Positions 37,398 to 47,877 of a stretch of 64,000 bases of DNA are shown here, in pieces. The stretch lies in NCBI GenBank assembly GCA_007695305.1, contig REEA01000064.1, positions 6 to 64,005 of the forward strand, given 5' to 3'. The notes beneath the pieces are model-generated. The model made no database searches and was not told the origin of the DNA. It saw nothing but the letters and a program-made list of their open reading frames with translations. Source of the DNA: Bacteroidia bacterium (GTDB taxonomy: Bacteria; Bacteroidota; Bacteroidia; Bacteroidales; UBA7960). How positions within the stretch are numbered: the first letter of the stretch is position 1; each line of letters opens with the position of its first letter. The position numbers and the translations under genes were made by a program.

Positions 37398-38264
37398 ATG
37401 ATCATTCTTGCAGATAGCGGAAGCACTAAAACCGACTGGGTAATACTGGATGGAAACCACACCATTGGAAATATCCAATCAGTAGGCCTAAACCCCTATT
37501 TTGTCAGCACTCCGGTGGTGGCACAGGTGGTGAGTGAAACGCTTTCCGAAAAAGTGGACAAGAAACTCATTGAAGCGGTTTATTTCTATGGAGCAGGTTG
37601 CTCGTCGCCAGGCAAGCAAAAAGTGATCAATGATGCGTTACAAATGGTGTTTCCGGAAAAACACACCGTAGTAGAGCATGATCTGTTGGCTGCCGCACGG
37701 GCATTATTCGGTAAATCACCGGGAGTTGCATGCATACTTGGAACAGGATCCAATTCCTGCTTATATAACGGTGCCCAGGTCACAGAGAGCCTGTTCTCCC
37801 TTGGATATATGTTTGGTGACGAAGGCAGCGGTGCACACCTTGGGAAAACCTTTATTGCAGACCATCTGAAGAACAGGGTGCCCCCTGAAATCACTGCAGC
37901 TTTCAAAGAACAATACAAGCTCAGCCATGAAGACATTCTTACCAACATCTATAAGAAAGCGAACCCCAACCGTTTCCTGGCATCTTTCACCCATTTTTTA
38001 CGGATACACATCAGTCACCCCTATGTCAACCGGCTGGTCGTATCATGCTTTGACGCCTTTTTTGAAGAGCAGATTTCCAGGTATTCTGACTACCAGTCGG
38101 TGCCATTGGGTTGTATTGGTTCGGTGGCTTATCATTTCCGGGAAGTTTTTGAAATATCGGCACATAAAATGGGTATTAAACCAACGAAGTATATGTCGTC
38201 GCCCATGGAGGGTCTGGTTCGTTACCATTTGGGTGACATAGGAGAGCTTAGGGGAAGTGAGTAG
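37398..38264 (+). CDS. BadF/BadG/BcrA/BcrD ATPase family, N-acetylglucosamine kinase-like
   Basis: 'IL.DSGSTKT.W', 'FYGAGC', 'ILGTGSNS', 'GDEGSG'. Confidence 0.85.
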   Translation: MIILADSGSTKTDWVILDGNHTIGNIQSVGLNPYFVSTPVVAQVVSETLSEKVDKKLIEAVYFYGAGCSSPGKQKVINDALQMVFPEKHTVVEHDLLAAARALFGKSPGVACILGTGSNSCLYNGAQVTESLFSLGYMFGDEGSGAHLGKTFIADHLKNRVPPEITAAFKEQYKLSHEDILTNIYKKANPNRFLASFTHFLRIHISHPYVNRLVVSCFDAFFEEQISRYSDYQSVPLGCIGSVAYHFREVFEISAHKMGIKPTKYMSSPMEGLVRYHLGDIGELRGSE

Positions 38265-38380
38265 CTGTGGGGAGCAGGTAGTAAGTAAGAAGTATGCAGT
38301 AAATAGCAGGTAGAAGGTAGTAGGTTAGCAGGTAGTATTGTCCTGAAACACATTTCCACATTTCCACATTTACACGTTTT
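38231..38380. repeat. composite heptamer/octamer repeat cassette
   Basis: Purine-rich degenerate heptamers (e.g. GCAGGTA, GAAGGTA) ~38257-38337, then CACATTTC, CACATTTC, CACATTTA, CACGTTTT at 38349-38380. Confidence 0.8.
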
Positions 38381-38393
38381 GTTGGAACCACTG

Positions 38394-39296
38394 TTATCGC
38401 TGAAGAATATGGTTCAAGATACCAGATCTGTCTTCCGGGTGAAACCATGTGGCATCATCATACCTTTTAAACCAGGTAAGTTGCCGTTTGGCATATCTGC
38501 GGGTGTTTGTTTTTATTTTTTCGATGGCCAATTCCAGGTTCCAGCGGTTAGCGAGCCAGTCAAAGAGTTCCTTATACCCCAGGGTATTCAGGGCGTTGTG
38601 ATGACGCATGGGGTACATGCCGATTGCTTCTTCGATGAGCCCCCGCCGGATCATTTCATCCGTTCGATTGTTGATTCGTTGGAAGAGTTCCACCCTGGGT
38701 CTGTTGATAATGACGCGTTTTATGCGGAAAGGTCTATGCTGCGGCTGTTTTTTCCTGAGTGTTGAAAACGGTTGTCCGGATGAAAAATATACTTCCAGGG
38801 CGCGCATCATTCTTTTGGGGTTTGCGCGGTCAACTTCGTTATAAAAGGAGGGATCAATTTTTCTGAGCCAGTTGCGCAATCCTGTGATACCTTCGTTGGC
38901 GAATATTTGTTTAACCTTTTGCCGTTGGGCCGGATCGGGGTCAGGGAGATCATCAATTCCGCCGTATATGGTATCCAGGTACAAGCCTGATCCACCTGTC
39001 AGGATTACATGATCCTTTAGCCGGAACAAGTTGTTGATAATCTCCAGGGCTTGTGTTTCATAGATGGCCACGTTGTAATAATCGCGGATGGAAAGATGTC
39101 CGATGAGGTGATGGGGTATTTGCTGTCTTTCTTCTTTTGTGGGGCTGGCTGATCCGATCTGTAATTCACGGTAAAACTGGCGTGCATCGGCGGATACGAT
39201 CTCTGTTTTGATTTCACGGGCAAGGTCGATACACAGCGATGTTTTCCCTACAGCCGTTGGGCCGGCTATCATCACCAGTGTTTTATCTTTCTTCAT
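38394..39296 (-). CDS. miaA: tRNA dimethylallyltransferase
   Basis: 'GPTAVGKT', 'SADARQFY', 'GGSGLY', 'TRRYAKRQLTWF'. Confidence 0.95.
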   Translation of the reverse strand: MKKDKTLVMIAGPTAVGKTSLCIDLAREIKTEIVSADARQFYRELQIGSASPTKEERQQIPHHLIGHLSIRDYYNVAIYETQALEIINNLFRLKDHVILTGGSGLYLDTIYGGIDDLPDPDPAQRQKVKQIFANEGITGLRNWLRKIDPSFYNEVDRANPKRMMRALEVYFSSGQPFSTLRKKQPQHRPFRIKRVIINRPRVELFQRINNRTDEMIRRGLIEEAIGMYPMRHHNALNTLGYKELFDWLANRWNLELAIEKIKTNTRRYAKRQLTWFKRYDDATWFHPEDRSGILNHILQR

Positions 39297-39903
39297 CAAA
39301 CTCATCAGGTTCCGATGGTCCGTTCTCATCAAAAAAATCGTCTTCACCCTCAATCTGATCAAAGTGTGACAAGTCCTCAAGAGAGGGTTGACCGTCATCG
39401 AAGGCAAAGTCCATGGATGTTTCCACCCCTGGTATTTGTTTCGGGGTGGCAGCCAATTCGCGTGGCACGGGCCCCACAACCTTGCTGAAATGCGGATATC
39501 CCTGATCAGGTTTGGCCGGTGTAATTTTTATCAACTCAATATAAAAGGTCCACTGGTTCAGATTATCATATACAAACAGCAGTCGTTGATGCGGGTCGTC
39601 AATATAGTCCTTCAGGATGCATTCATGCATCAGGAGGGATTTTTTTGTTGATTCCGAAGGTTCTTCCACCAAATCGTCTTCACCGGGGGGTGCAATGGGA
39701 TCCATATCAATAAGCTGTATTTCCGTTTTTTTCCTGAAGCGGTGGTCGCAAATGAAGAAGGATGCCAGCATACCGGGATCCAGACCCAGGTTGCCAAGAA
39801 TAGCCTGGTGAAAATCCTCAAATGTTTGGTCAGCACGAAGTTCGATTTCACGCAAAAAATCGTCCTGCTCTTCGAATCTGGTTTTAAACTTGTAAATCAG
39901 CAT
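39283..39903 (-). CDS. pRiA4b ORF-3-like (IS1096 passenger TnpR-like) conserved protein
   Basis: 'REIE...QTFEDFH.AI', 'LFVYD...WTF.IEL', acidic tail; overlaps the miaA start. Confidence 0.7.
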   Translation of the reverse strand: MLIYKFKTRFEEQDDFLREIELRADQTFEDFHQAILGNLGLDPGMLASFFICDHRFRKKTEIQLIDMDPIAPPGEDDLVEEPSESTKKSLLMHECILKDYIDDPHQRLLFVYDNLNQWTFYIELIKITPAKPDQGYPHFSKVVGPVPRELAATPKQIPGVETSMDFAFDDGQPSLEDLSHFDQIEGEDDFFDENGPSEPDEFDEER

Positions 39904-39960
39904 ACATGACCTGTTCTGTAACCGGTTTTTTCAGTTACATTGATAACACAAAAGTAAGGA

Positions 39961-41412
39961 TTAATTTTTTGAATTTTCTTTTGTCAGACCTAATTTTTCT
40001 CCTTCACTGATCATTAGTTTCAAAGCTTCTTCCCTGTTATTGGGGATTATGCCGTCGAGAATGGCTTCGCGGATTGCTGTTTTGATGATTCCAACCTCCG
40101 GAGAAGGAGACATGCCAAACGCTTCCATGATATCTTCACCCGACACGGGAGGTTGCCAGTTTCGCAGGCGGTCTTTTTCTTCAATTTCTTTGAGTTTTTT
40201 TCTGACGATCCGGAAGTTTTCCAGGTAGCGGGTTACTTTGTCCCGGTTTCCTGAGGTAATGTCAGCCTCGCAAAGGAGCATCAGGTCGTCGATATCATCG
40301 CCTGCATCAAAAAGCAATCGACGTATAGCCGAGTCGGAGACAATACTTTCGGTGAGTGCGATGGGACGTAAGTGCAGCAATACCAGTTTTTGCACGTACC
40401 TCATTTTTTCGTTCAACGGTAACTTGAGGCGCTTAAATATTTTGTACACCATTTTTTTTCCGAGCATTTCATGCCCGTAAAAAGTCCAGCCAATTTTTTC
40501 GTCGTAGCGTTTGGTGGCAGGTTTGGCGATATCGTGCAGCAATGCGGCCCAGCGGAGCCATAAATCCGACGTTTCCTGCGCCAGGTTATCCAGCACTTGC
40601 ATGGTGTGGTAAAAATTGTCCTTATGTGCATTTCCATCCACAACATCAACGCCATACATATCATCCAATTCAGGAAAAAAGTGTTTCAGCAGTCCGGAGG
40701 CCCGTAGCATTTTGATCCCTTTTCCCGGTACCGGACACATCATGATCTTGTTAAACTCATCCATTACCCGTTCGATGGATACAATACTTATCCGTTCGGC
40801 ATTTTTTTTAATGGATTCAAAGGAAGCGGTATCAACTTCAAAGTCCAGCTGGGCAGCAAACCTGATGGCACGCATCATCCGGAGGGGGTCATCCGAATAG
40901 GTCACATCCGGATCCAGGGGGGTACGAATCAAACGGTTTTCAATGTCCCGAACCCCTCCAAACGGATCAAGCAAATTGCCATAATCTTTTTTGTTCAAAC
41001 TGATTGCCAATGTATTGATGGTAAAATCGCGCCGGCTTATATCGTCTGCCAATGTACCATCTTCAACCACTGGTTTTCGTGAATCAGCCCGGTAAGATTC
41101 CTTTCGGGCACCCACAAATTCTATTTCCCAGTTACGGTACTTTAACATTGCCGTGCCGAAGTTCTTAAACGTCTTCATGTGACCTTTCCGGTTCAGCTTG
41201 TCTGCAACCTTGGCTGCCAGTTCAATACCGCTTCCCACAATCACAATATCGATATCTTTAGAAGGCCTTTCCAGGATGATATCTCTCACCCATCCCCCTA
41301 TCACATAGACAGGTTTTTTCATCTCAGCGGCTGCTTCTGCAACCACTTCAAAGATTCTCCTGTTGGTGTATTCTGAAAAATTTCTCACTCTGTTCAGTTT
41401 AATAAAGATCAT
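39961..41412 (-). CDS. CCA tRNA nucleotidyltransferase with HD domain
   Basis: 'GGWVRD', 'DIDI', 'RRDFTIN', '[11 protein letters not shown]', 'LLHDIAK'. Confidence 0.92.
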   Translation of the reverse strand: MIFIKLNRVRNFSEYTNRRIFEVVAEAAAEMKKPVYVIGGWVRDIILERPSKDIDIVIVGSGIELAAKVADKLNRKGHMKTFKNFGTAMLKYRNWEIEFVGARKESYRADSRKPVVEDGTLADDISRRDFTINTLAISLNKKDYGNLLDPFGGVRDIENRLIRTPLDPDVTYSDDPLRMMRAIRFAAQLDFEVDTASFESIKKNAERISIVSIERVMDEFNKIMMCPVPGKGIKMLRASGLLKHFFPELDDMYGVDVVDGNAHKDNFYHTMQVLDNLAQETSDLWLRWAALLHDIAKPATKRYDEKIGWTFYGHEMLGKKMVYKIFKRLKLPLNEKMRYVQKLVLLHLRPIALTESIVSDSAIRRLLFDAGDDIDDLMLLCEADITSGNRDKVTRYLENFRIVRKKLKEIEEKDRLRNWQPPVSGEDIMEAFGMSPSPEVGIIKTAIREAILDGIIPNNREEALKLMISEGEKLGLTKENSKN

Positions 41413-41504
41413 GTAACAGGACAGGCATTTTTTGCAGCATTAAATTGCTGCCGCCAATGCGGGCAGACCATCTTTACATGCAGCCAAAGCCGGTATCATC
41501 CGAT

Positions 41505-42074
41505 TTAATTGCGAATCACCCTGATTTCACCAGCGGGGTCCAGTTTAACAATTGTGGAAGGCTTCGGACGCGGAATCGTCTGATGCTTTAAGGGTACAAT
41601 ATAGTCAACGGCATCTTTAATGGGTTGCACAATGGTACTGAATACAAAAGGATTGGCAGCCCCCGAAACATTGGCTGATGTTGAGGTGATGGGCTTCCCG
41701 AATGCATCCAGCAACTTCTGACAAAATTCATGATTGGGTATGCGTATAGCAATGGACCCGTCGGGAGCAAGCAGGTTCCTTGGCAATCTGCGCGCTTCCG
41801 GGTAAATAATCGTCAAAGGATCCTTTATACTGTTAATCAGCTCTTCCGCAGTTTCCGGAACTTCCTTTACATAATTCCTTAACATCTCCAGATCCTTTAC
41901 AAGGATAATCAGCGATTTTTCTTGCATCCGCTCCTTGATATGGTAAACTCTTTCAATGGCCTTGCCATTTGTGGCATCACAACCGATACCCCATATGGTA
42001 TCAGTAGGATATAGTATGGTACCCCCATTTCTCAGGACATCCAAAGCTTCCTTCACATCAGAATCCAGCGACAT
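41505..42074 (-). CDS. tsaC: L-threonylcarbamoyladenylate synthase (Sua5/YrdC)
   Basis: 'YPTDTIWGIGC', 'K.R...K', 'STSANVSG', 'PSTI'. Confidence 0.9.
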   Translation of the reverse strand: MSLDSDVKEALDVLRNGGTILYPTDTIWGIGCDATNGKAIERVYHIKERMQEKSLIILVKDLEMLRNYVKEVPETAEELINSIKDPLTIIYPEARRLPRNLLAPDGSIAIRIPNHEFCQKLLDAFGKPITSTSANVSGAANPFVFSTIVQPIKDAVDYIVPLKHQTIPRPKPSTIVKLDPAGEIRVIRN

Positions 42075-42135
42075 ACAGAAAACTACATTAATTGTTAATA
42101 ATATCAATAACTATACATTCAACTCCCATGCCAGA

Positions 42136-42930
42136 TTATCGACTCATTTGTTTTACTTTTTTTGGTTCGGATTTACCCGAGGTTTTTATCATATGCCTCA
42201 GTTTTACATACTTTTGAAAGCACAGAAATGCATCCTGATAACTTACGACAAAGCCCATATAGCCCATTAGGAAACCACGTTTAACCACAAAATGTTGAAT
42301 AAACCGCCAAAAAGTTTTATAAACCACCTTCCAGGCCGAACACGATACCCCTTTCCTGAAGGCTTCGGCAGCAGCTATGGTACTGAATCTGTTGATGGTA
42401 TCAACATGTTCTTCATAAGAATCACACATCCAATGCAATAAATCCCCCTTAAGCCTGGTAACACGTGCATCCGCATCCATAACCACTTTGTCGTGAGGAT
42501 TTACTCCACCCCATTTCCCTTTACGACGATCCCAAAGCCTTAATTTCCTGTCGGGATAATGATTTGTATAACGCAACCATTTACCGCAAAATCGATTGAG
42601 GCGGTTAAAACGATACCCGTCGTGGCTCCAGTTATCCTTTACCCGGATGATTTCCTTTGTCAGCTCTTCCGATAAAGCCTCATCGGCATCCAGCGACAGC
42701 ACGTGATCATGGGTTGCTTTGTCAAGCGCATAGTTTTTTTGCTCGATGTATCCGAGAAATGGCTGTGTATAAAATGCCACACCCAATGATCTGCATATCT
42801 CTGGTGTACGGTCAGTTGATCCGGAATCGACCACGACCACCTCTTCCGCCACTTTTTGTAAAGAGCGGATGCATTGTCCGATATATTTTTCTTCATTCAG
42901 CGCAATAATAACTGCGGATATGGGAGGCAT
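42136..42930 (-). CDS. glycosyltransferase family 2 (LPS beta-1,4-glucosyltransferase-like)
   Basis: 'SAVII.LNEE', 'VVVDSGSTD.T', 'LDADE'. Confidence 0.9.
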   Translation of the reverse strand: MPPISAVIIALNEEKYIGQCIRSLQKVAEEVVVVDSGSTDRTPEICRSLGVAFYTQPFLGYIEQKNYALDKATHDHVLSLDADEALSEELTKEIIRVKDNWSHDGYRFNRLNRFCGKWLRYTNHYPDRKLRLWDRRKGKWGGVNPHDKVVMDADARVTRLKGDLLHWMCDSYEEHVDTINRFSTIAAAEAFRKGVSCSAWKVVYKTFWRFIQHFVVKRGFLMGYMGFVVSYQDAFLCFQKYVKLRHMIKTSGKSEPKKVKQMSR

Positions 42931-43135
42931 GGGTTTACTGTTTGTGGGCAAATGTAAACGATTTTTTAATTCGATGCTGCACAATTACGAATAATTCAAC
43001 GTACCATGGAATCTTGTCAGGGGTTAAACTTTTTTGTCATTTCCATAAAAAGAATGGATAACCCGGACGTTGTCGGTCACAGGTCGCCATATACTGTTAT
43101 TGTTTGCAAATTTTGGAAATTTGCGGGAGTGTGAT

Positions 43136-43951
43136 TTATACAGCCACCTGGTGCTGCCGCAAGGCTTCATTCAGACTGGTTTTGCGGTCAGTGCTTTCTT
43201 TTCTCTTACCGATAATAAAGGCGCATGGTACATTGTATGTACCTGCGGGAAATTGTTTTGCCATGCTTCCCGGAATAACTACTGAACGGGCAGGCACCCT
43301 CCCCTGGTATTCGATGGGTTCGGGGCCGCTTACATCAATAATTTTTGTGGATGCTGTCAGAACCACATTGGCACCAAGCACGGCTTCCTTCTCCACATGC
43401 ACCCCTTCCACCACGATACAACGTGAACCGATGAAGCTATGGTCTTCGATGATAACGGGGGCTGCCTGAACCGGTTCCAGCACGCCGCCAATACCAACCC
43501 CTCCGCTCAAATGCACATGTTTCCCGATTTGTGCGCAGCTGCCCACGGTAGCCCAGGTATCTACCATGGTGCCTGTATCCACATAAGCACCAATATTTAC
43601 ATAAGACGGCATCATTACCACATCAGTGGCAAGATAAGCCCCATACCTGGCAATGGCATGAGGCACAACCCTTACACCAAGTTGCTGGTAGCCTCGTTTC
43701 AGAGGAATTTTATCATGAAACTCAAATGGCCCCAGCTCAATACGTTCCATTTCGCGAATGGGGAAATAGAGAATAACCGCTTTCTTCACCCAGTCATTTA
43801 CCATCCAGCCGTTATCCGTTGGTTCAGCCACACGAATTCTGCCGGCATCAAGCAGGGCAATTACCTCGTCGATGGTCTTTCGCACCCAGCCGTCTGACAA
43901 TAATGATCGTTCCTCCCACGCAGCTTCAATGGTTTCCTTTAGTTTTTCCAT
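43136..43951 (-). CDS. dapD: tetrahydrodipicolinate N-succinyltransferase
   Basis: 'WVKKAV.LYF', 'MPSYVNIGAYV', 'TVGSCAQIG', 'GIGGVLEP.QA'. Confidence 0.95.
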   Translation of the reverse strand: MEKLKETIEAAWEERSLLSDGWVRKTIDEVIALLDAGRIRVAEPTDNGWMVNDWVKKAVILYFPIREMERIELGPFEFHDKIPLKRGYQQLGVRVVPHAIARYGAYLATDVVMMPSYVNIGAYVDTGTMVDTWATVGSCAQIGKHVHLSGGVGIGGVLEPVQAAPVIIEDHSFIGSRCIVVEGVHVEKEAVLGANVVLTASTKIIDVSGPEPIEYQGRVPARSVVIPGSMAKQFPAGTYNVPCAFIIGKRKESTDRKTSLNEALRQHQVAV

Positions 43952-44039
43952 TATTCAAACATTTTTTATCATCCTGAACCTTCCGGAAACACCTTTTTTA
44001 TTGTTTCCAATGGTCTTTCCCGGTATGAAATTGTATATA

Positions 44040-44108
44040 CAAATATAAGATTATTTCCCGGCACGGAACGTCAAACCTTCTGCTACCCGGTCTGAATGTG
44101 TATCTTTG
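44040..44108. promoter_or_regulatory. divergent sigma-A -7 elements for dapD (minus, 44040-47) and ruvX-def (plus, 44101-08)
   Basis: TATATTTG and TATCTTTG TAnnTTTG matches on opposite strands. Confidence 0.55.
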
Positions 44109-44122
44109 CAGAAAAAGCATTC

Positions 44123-44551
44123 ATGGGCAGGATATTAGCCATCGATTATGGTCAAAAACGTGCGGGTATCGCCGTAACGGATGGACTAAAAATGATTGCA
44201 GGCGGTCTGTGTACATTGCATGTTAAGGATGTAATGCCTTTTTTGAAAGAATACATTACCAGGGAAAATGTGGAGTGCATTGTGGTGGGAGAACCATTTG
44301 ACATGAAAAACCGTGCTTCTGATGCAACAAGATTTATTGATCCTTTTGTGAAACACTTACGCAAACAATTTCCGCACATTCCTGTTGAAAGAATAGATGA
44401 GCGATTTACTTCGCAAATGGCTATGCAAACAATGATTGATGCCGGGTTAAGGAAGAAAGCGAGACAAAACAAAGCCCTGGTTGATACCATCAGTGCCACC
44501 ATTATTCTACAATATTATTTGGAAAAACGGTCAAGAGAGAACAGTTTATGA
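44123..44551 (+). CDS. ruvX: YqgF/RuvX pre-16S rRNA nuclease
   Basis: 'ILAIDYG.KR.G.A', 'DERFTS', 'D.ISA.IILQ'. Confidence 0.93.
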   Translation: MGRILAIDYGQKRAGIAVTDGLKMIAGGLCTLHVKDVMPFLKEYITRENVECIVVGEPFDMKNRASDATRFIDPFVKHLRKQFPHIPVERIDERFTSQMAMQTMIDAGLRKKARQNKALVDTISATIILQYYLEKRSRENSL

Positions 44552-45111
44552 AGATCTTACCCATTCGCGCATATGGCGACCCGGTGCTCAGGCAGCGGGC
44601 AAAATTTATAGATAAGGATCATCCGGGCTTACAGGAGTTGATTGACAACATGTGGACCACCATGTACCGGGCCCAGGGTGTAGGTCTGGCCGCTCCCCAG
44701 GTGGGCGAAAGTATCAGGTTGTTTGTGATAGATGCCACACCCTATGCGGAAGAAGACCCCTTACTGGACGGGTTCAAAAAAGTGTTCATCAATGCAGAAA
44801 TTCTTGAGGAAACAGGCAAAGAGTGGCTTTTTAATGAGGGATGTCTCAGTTTCCCGGAGCTGCGTGAAGACATCAAACGTCAACCGGTTATCAGGATGCG
44901 TTTCCAGGATGAGGCATTCAACACTTATGAAGAGACTTTTGAGGGACTTGCTGCCAGAATAATCCAACATGAATATGATCATATCGAAGGCGTTCTCATG
45001 GTGGATCATTTCTCACCGCTGAAGAAGCGTCTACTTAAGAAAAAGCTCCACAACATATCCGCAGGGCGACTAGCCACCTCTTATCCGATGAAATTTCCAA
45101 TAAGAAAGTAG
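44548..45111 (+). CDS. def: peptide deformylase
   Basis: 'GVGLAAPQ', 'EGCLS', 'QHEYDH'. Confidence 0.97.
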   Translation: MKILPIRAYGDPVLRQRAKFIDKDHPGLQELIDNMWTTMYRAQGVGLAAPQVGESIRLFVIDATPYAEEDPLLDGFKKVFINAEILEETGKEWLFNEGCLSFPELREDIKRQPVIRMRFQDEAFNTYEETFEGLAARIIQHEYDHIEGVLMVDHFSPLKKRLLKKKLHNISAGRLATSYPMKFPIRK

Positions 45112-45113
45112 TC

Positions 45114-46340
45114 ATGTACCACCGATACAGACTTTCCAATGGTATCCGGCTGATACACCGTGACACATCCTCGCCCGTGGCTCACTGCGGACTGTTTATC
45201 AACACCGGTTCGCGCGATGAAACCGATGATGAACAAGGGGTGGCTCATTTTATTGAACACGTTATCTTTAAAGGAACAAACAAGCGCAAAGCCTTTCATA
45301 TCCTAAGCCACATGGAAAACGTGGGCGGCGAGATCAATGCTTTCACATCCAAAGAAGAGACCTGTATTTACGGCTCATTTATGCATTCATTCTATGACAG
45401 GTGGTTCGACATCGTGGCAGATATTATCTTTCACTCCTCCTTTCCTGAAAAAGAAATAAAAAAAGAAAAAGACATTGTTATTGATGAGATCAATTCCTAC
45501 AAAGACAGTCCCTCTGAGCAAATCCTGGATGATTTTGATGAGGTTGTTTTCGACGGTCATCCGTTGGGCAGGAATATTTTGGGAACGCCGGCACATATAA
45601 AGAAATATGACCGGGCCATGATCAAGGCATTTATGGATAGAAATTACGTGACCGGCGAAATGGTCATTTGCTCCGTTGGCCGTATTGATTTCCAAAAGCT
45701 TATACGTCTTGCTGAAACGTTTTTCGGGGGAGCGTATATGAGCATCAGGCAACAAAAGCGGTACGCCCATACGAACTACCTGCCCATGCAAAAAACCATT
45801 ACCAGGCAAAATCACCAGGCGCATTGCGTTACCGGTAACAAAGCATACAGTATCCTGCACGGGAAAAAAACAGCATTGTATTTGCTGAATAATCTGCTCG
45901 GCGGGCCGGGACTGACCTCAAGATTAAACATGGCCGTAAGGGAGAAGCACGGTTTCTGTTATCACATTGAAAGCATTTACCAGCCTTATTCCGATTCCGG
46001 CATCTTTAGTATCTATTTTGGCACCGACCCTGAATACGTGGAAAAAACCTTCTTGCTCATTAACAGGGAGTTGACACGCTTGCGTGGTCAAAAGCTTGGT
46101 AATCTGCAGATGAAAAGGGCAAAAAATCAGCTTTGTGGACAAGTGAACATCGCACACGAGTCGGCGCTGAACGAAATGTTGTTTATCGGGAAACAGATTC
46201 TTCATTATGACCGTACTGATACGCTTGAAGACATCAACAGGCGCATAGATGCAGTATCGGCAGAGGATATGTTGCATGTAGCAAACGAGGTCTTTGATCC
46301 GGGGCAAATGAGTCTGCTTACTTATAAACCGGGTGAATAA
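45114..46340 (+). CDS. M16 (pitrilysin) family zinc peptidase
   Basis: 'GSRDE', 'HFIEH' inverted zinc motif, 'NAFT.KE.T'. Confidence 0.92.
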   Translation: MYHRYRLSNGIRLIHRDTSSPVAHCGLFINTGSRDETDDEQGVAHFIEHVIFKGTNKRKAFHILSHMENVGGEINAFTSKEETCIYGSFMHSFYDRWFDIVADIIFHSSFPEKEIKKEKDIVIDEINSYKDSPSEQILDDFDEVVFDGHPLGRNILGTPAHIKKYDRAMIKAFMDRNYVTGEMVICSVGRIDFQKLIRLAETFFGGAYMSIRQQKRYAHTNYLPMQKTITRQNHQAHCVTGNKAYSILHGKKTALYLLNNLLGGPGLTSRLNMAVREKHGFCYHIESIYQPYSDSGIFSIYFGTDPEYVEKTFLLINRELTRLRGQKLGNLQMKRAKNQLCGQVNIAHESALNEMLFIGKQILHYDRTDTLEDINRRIDAVSAEDMLHVANEVFDPGQMSLLTYKPGE

Positions 46341-46387
46341 ATGATTGCGGGTCTTTACGTGACTTATTAAAAATTAGAATATTTACA

Positions 46388-47041
46388 ATGGATTTCGTTA
46401 ACCCTGACATAGAGAAATATGCAATGGCTTTCAGTAGTCCGGAGCCTGAAGTGCTGCAGCGGTTGAGCCGTGATACCCAGGCAAAGATTTTAAAGCCACG
46501 GATGCTGTCGGGTCATTTACAAGGCCGCTTTCTCTCTTTTGTAAGTCGCATGCTGAAACCGCGGCGCATTCTCGAAATCGGCACCTATACCGGCTATTCT
46601 GCCATTTGTCTGGCAGAGGGTCTGACCGGGGACGGTATTCTTCACACCATTGATCACAACGCGGAGCTGGAAGATTTTGCCCGGGTCTATTTTAAAATGG
46701 CCGGGGTGGATCATCAGGTGAAACAGCATATTGGTGAAGCGCTGGATATTTTGCCGCTGTTGGATGATACCTTTGACCTGGTTTTCATTGATGCGGATAA
46801 ACCCAACTATATACGTTATTTCGAGATTCTTTATCCCCGTTTGCGGGAAGGGGCTATTGTGCTGGCCGACAATGCTCTTTGGAGCGGAAAGGTACTGGAT
46901 TCAGAAGAAAGCATGGACGATGACACGGCAGGTATCGCACGTTTTAACAGGTATATCAGAGAACACCCGGGTGTTTATCATGTATTACTGCCATTTCGTG
47001 ATGGTGTAATGCTCATTGAGAAAACCGGCAAGCATCAATAA
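46388..47041 (+). CDS. O-methyltransferase (caffeoyl-CoA OMT/YrrM-like)
   Basis: 'LEIGTYTGYS', 'FIDADK', 'DNALW.G'. Confidence 0.9.
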   Translation: MDFVNPDIEKYAMAFSSPEPEVLQRLSRDTQAKILKPRMLSGHLQGRFLSFVSRMLKPRRILEIGTYTGYSAICLAEGLTGDGILHTIDHNAELEDFARVYFKMAGVDHQVKQHIGEALDILPLLDDTFDLVFIDADKPNYIRYFEILYPRLREGAIVLADNALWSGKVLDSEESMDDDTAGIARFNRYIREHPGVYHVLLPFRDGVMLIEKTGKHQ

Positions 47042-47739
47042 GGATGCAGCCCAAACTCCAGGCCCGCACTCCAGCGGGGCAACTCGGGCAAATCAGCACT
47101 GCCGGCAAATAAATCGGAAACACGGTAATTTCCTTTCAGGACGATGTTGTTGAAGCCTAACCTGGCCATAATTCCATATTCAAAAGTAGCCGGATAATCC
47201 ATCCTTGTTCGCCTGGTACGGACGCGCTCACCATTATCGGTCACATCATGGGTCACCTGCCGAACATGGAAATTCCAGGCACCATAGGCTCCAATGTCTG
47301 CAAAACGGCCAATATAATCTCCCCGTTGCGCGAAATTTACACGTTGATAAAGGCCTGCGCCTCCCTGGAGAAATATCAGTTTTTCTTTGTCGTGAATGAT
47401 GGTATCAGGAACTTCTTTGCCCATGTGCTGTCGGATATGAAAGGCAGATCGCCTGAATACCCATTCACTGCCTGCCGAAAAAACGTCTGAGAAACGTCTT
47501 TTATACCGGTATCCAAATTCAAGAGACCGGGATCGTCCATACAGAACCTCAGCGGCCTCTGTTTCAGGAGGTCCTATCAGAAAATGAAGACCCACCCACG
47601 TATGGGTGTAATGCTTGCGATTCATGCCGAATTCCCTTTCCGGCTCATCCCTGAGGTCTTCCGCGATAACAATGCTTTGTGTAAATGCGGTGTTATAGGC
47701 AAGAAGGATGTACAATAAAAAGACCAGTCGTATCATCAA
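47035..47739 (-). CDS. putative outer-membrane beta-barrel protein
   Basis: Signal peptide, alternating hydrophobic/aromatic strands, C-terminal 'GLEFGL'. Confidence 0.55.
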   Translation of the reverse strand: MMIRLVFLLYILLAYNTAFTQSIVIAEDLRDEPEREFGMNRKHYTHTWVGLHFLIGPPETEAAEVLYGRSRSLEFGYRYKRRFSDVFSAGSEWVFRRSAFHIRQHMGKEVPDTIIHDKEKLIFLQGGAGLYQRVNFAQRGDYIGRFADIGAYGAWNFHVRQVTHDVTDNGERVRTRRTRMDYPATFEYGIMARLGFNNIVLKGNYRVSDLFAGSADLPELPRWSAGLEFGLHPY

Positions 47740-47877
47740 ATCGTCTGTAACATCAATTATTTTTTTGACAGAACCAAATGGCCGGGTCGCAATTTTACAC
47801 CATTACCGGGTCTGTTAACCGTTCAAGGCCGGTGATGATTATGAAAGAGCAGTCGGCTGCTGAATGGAATATTTTGA

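Noticed and set aside
39283-39903. TnpR-like protein as evidence of a mobile element
   Set aside because: No transposase or inverted repeats; this family is a usual chromosomal neighbour of miaA in Bacteroidota
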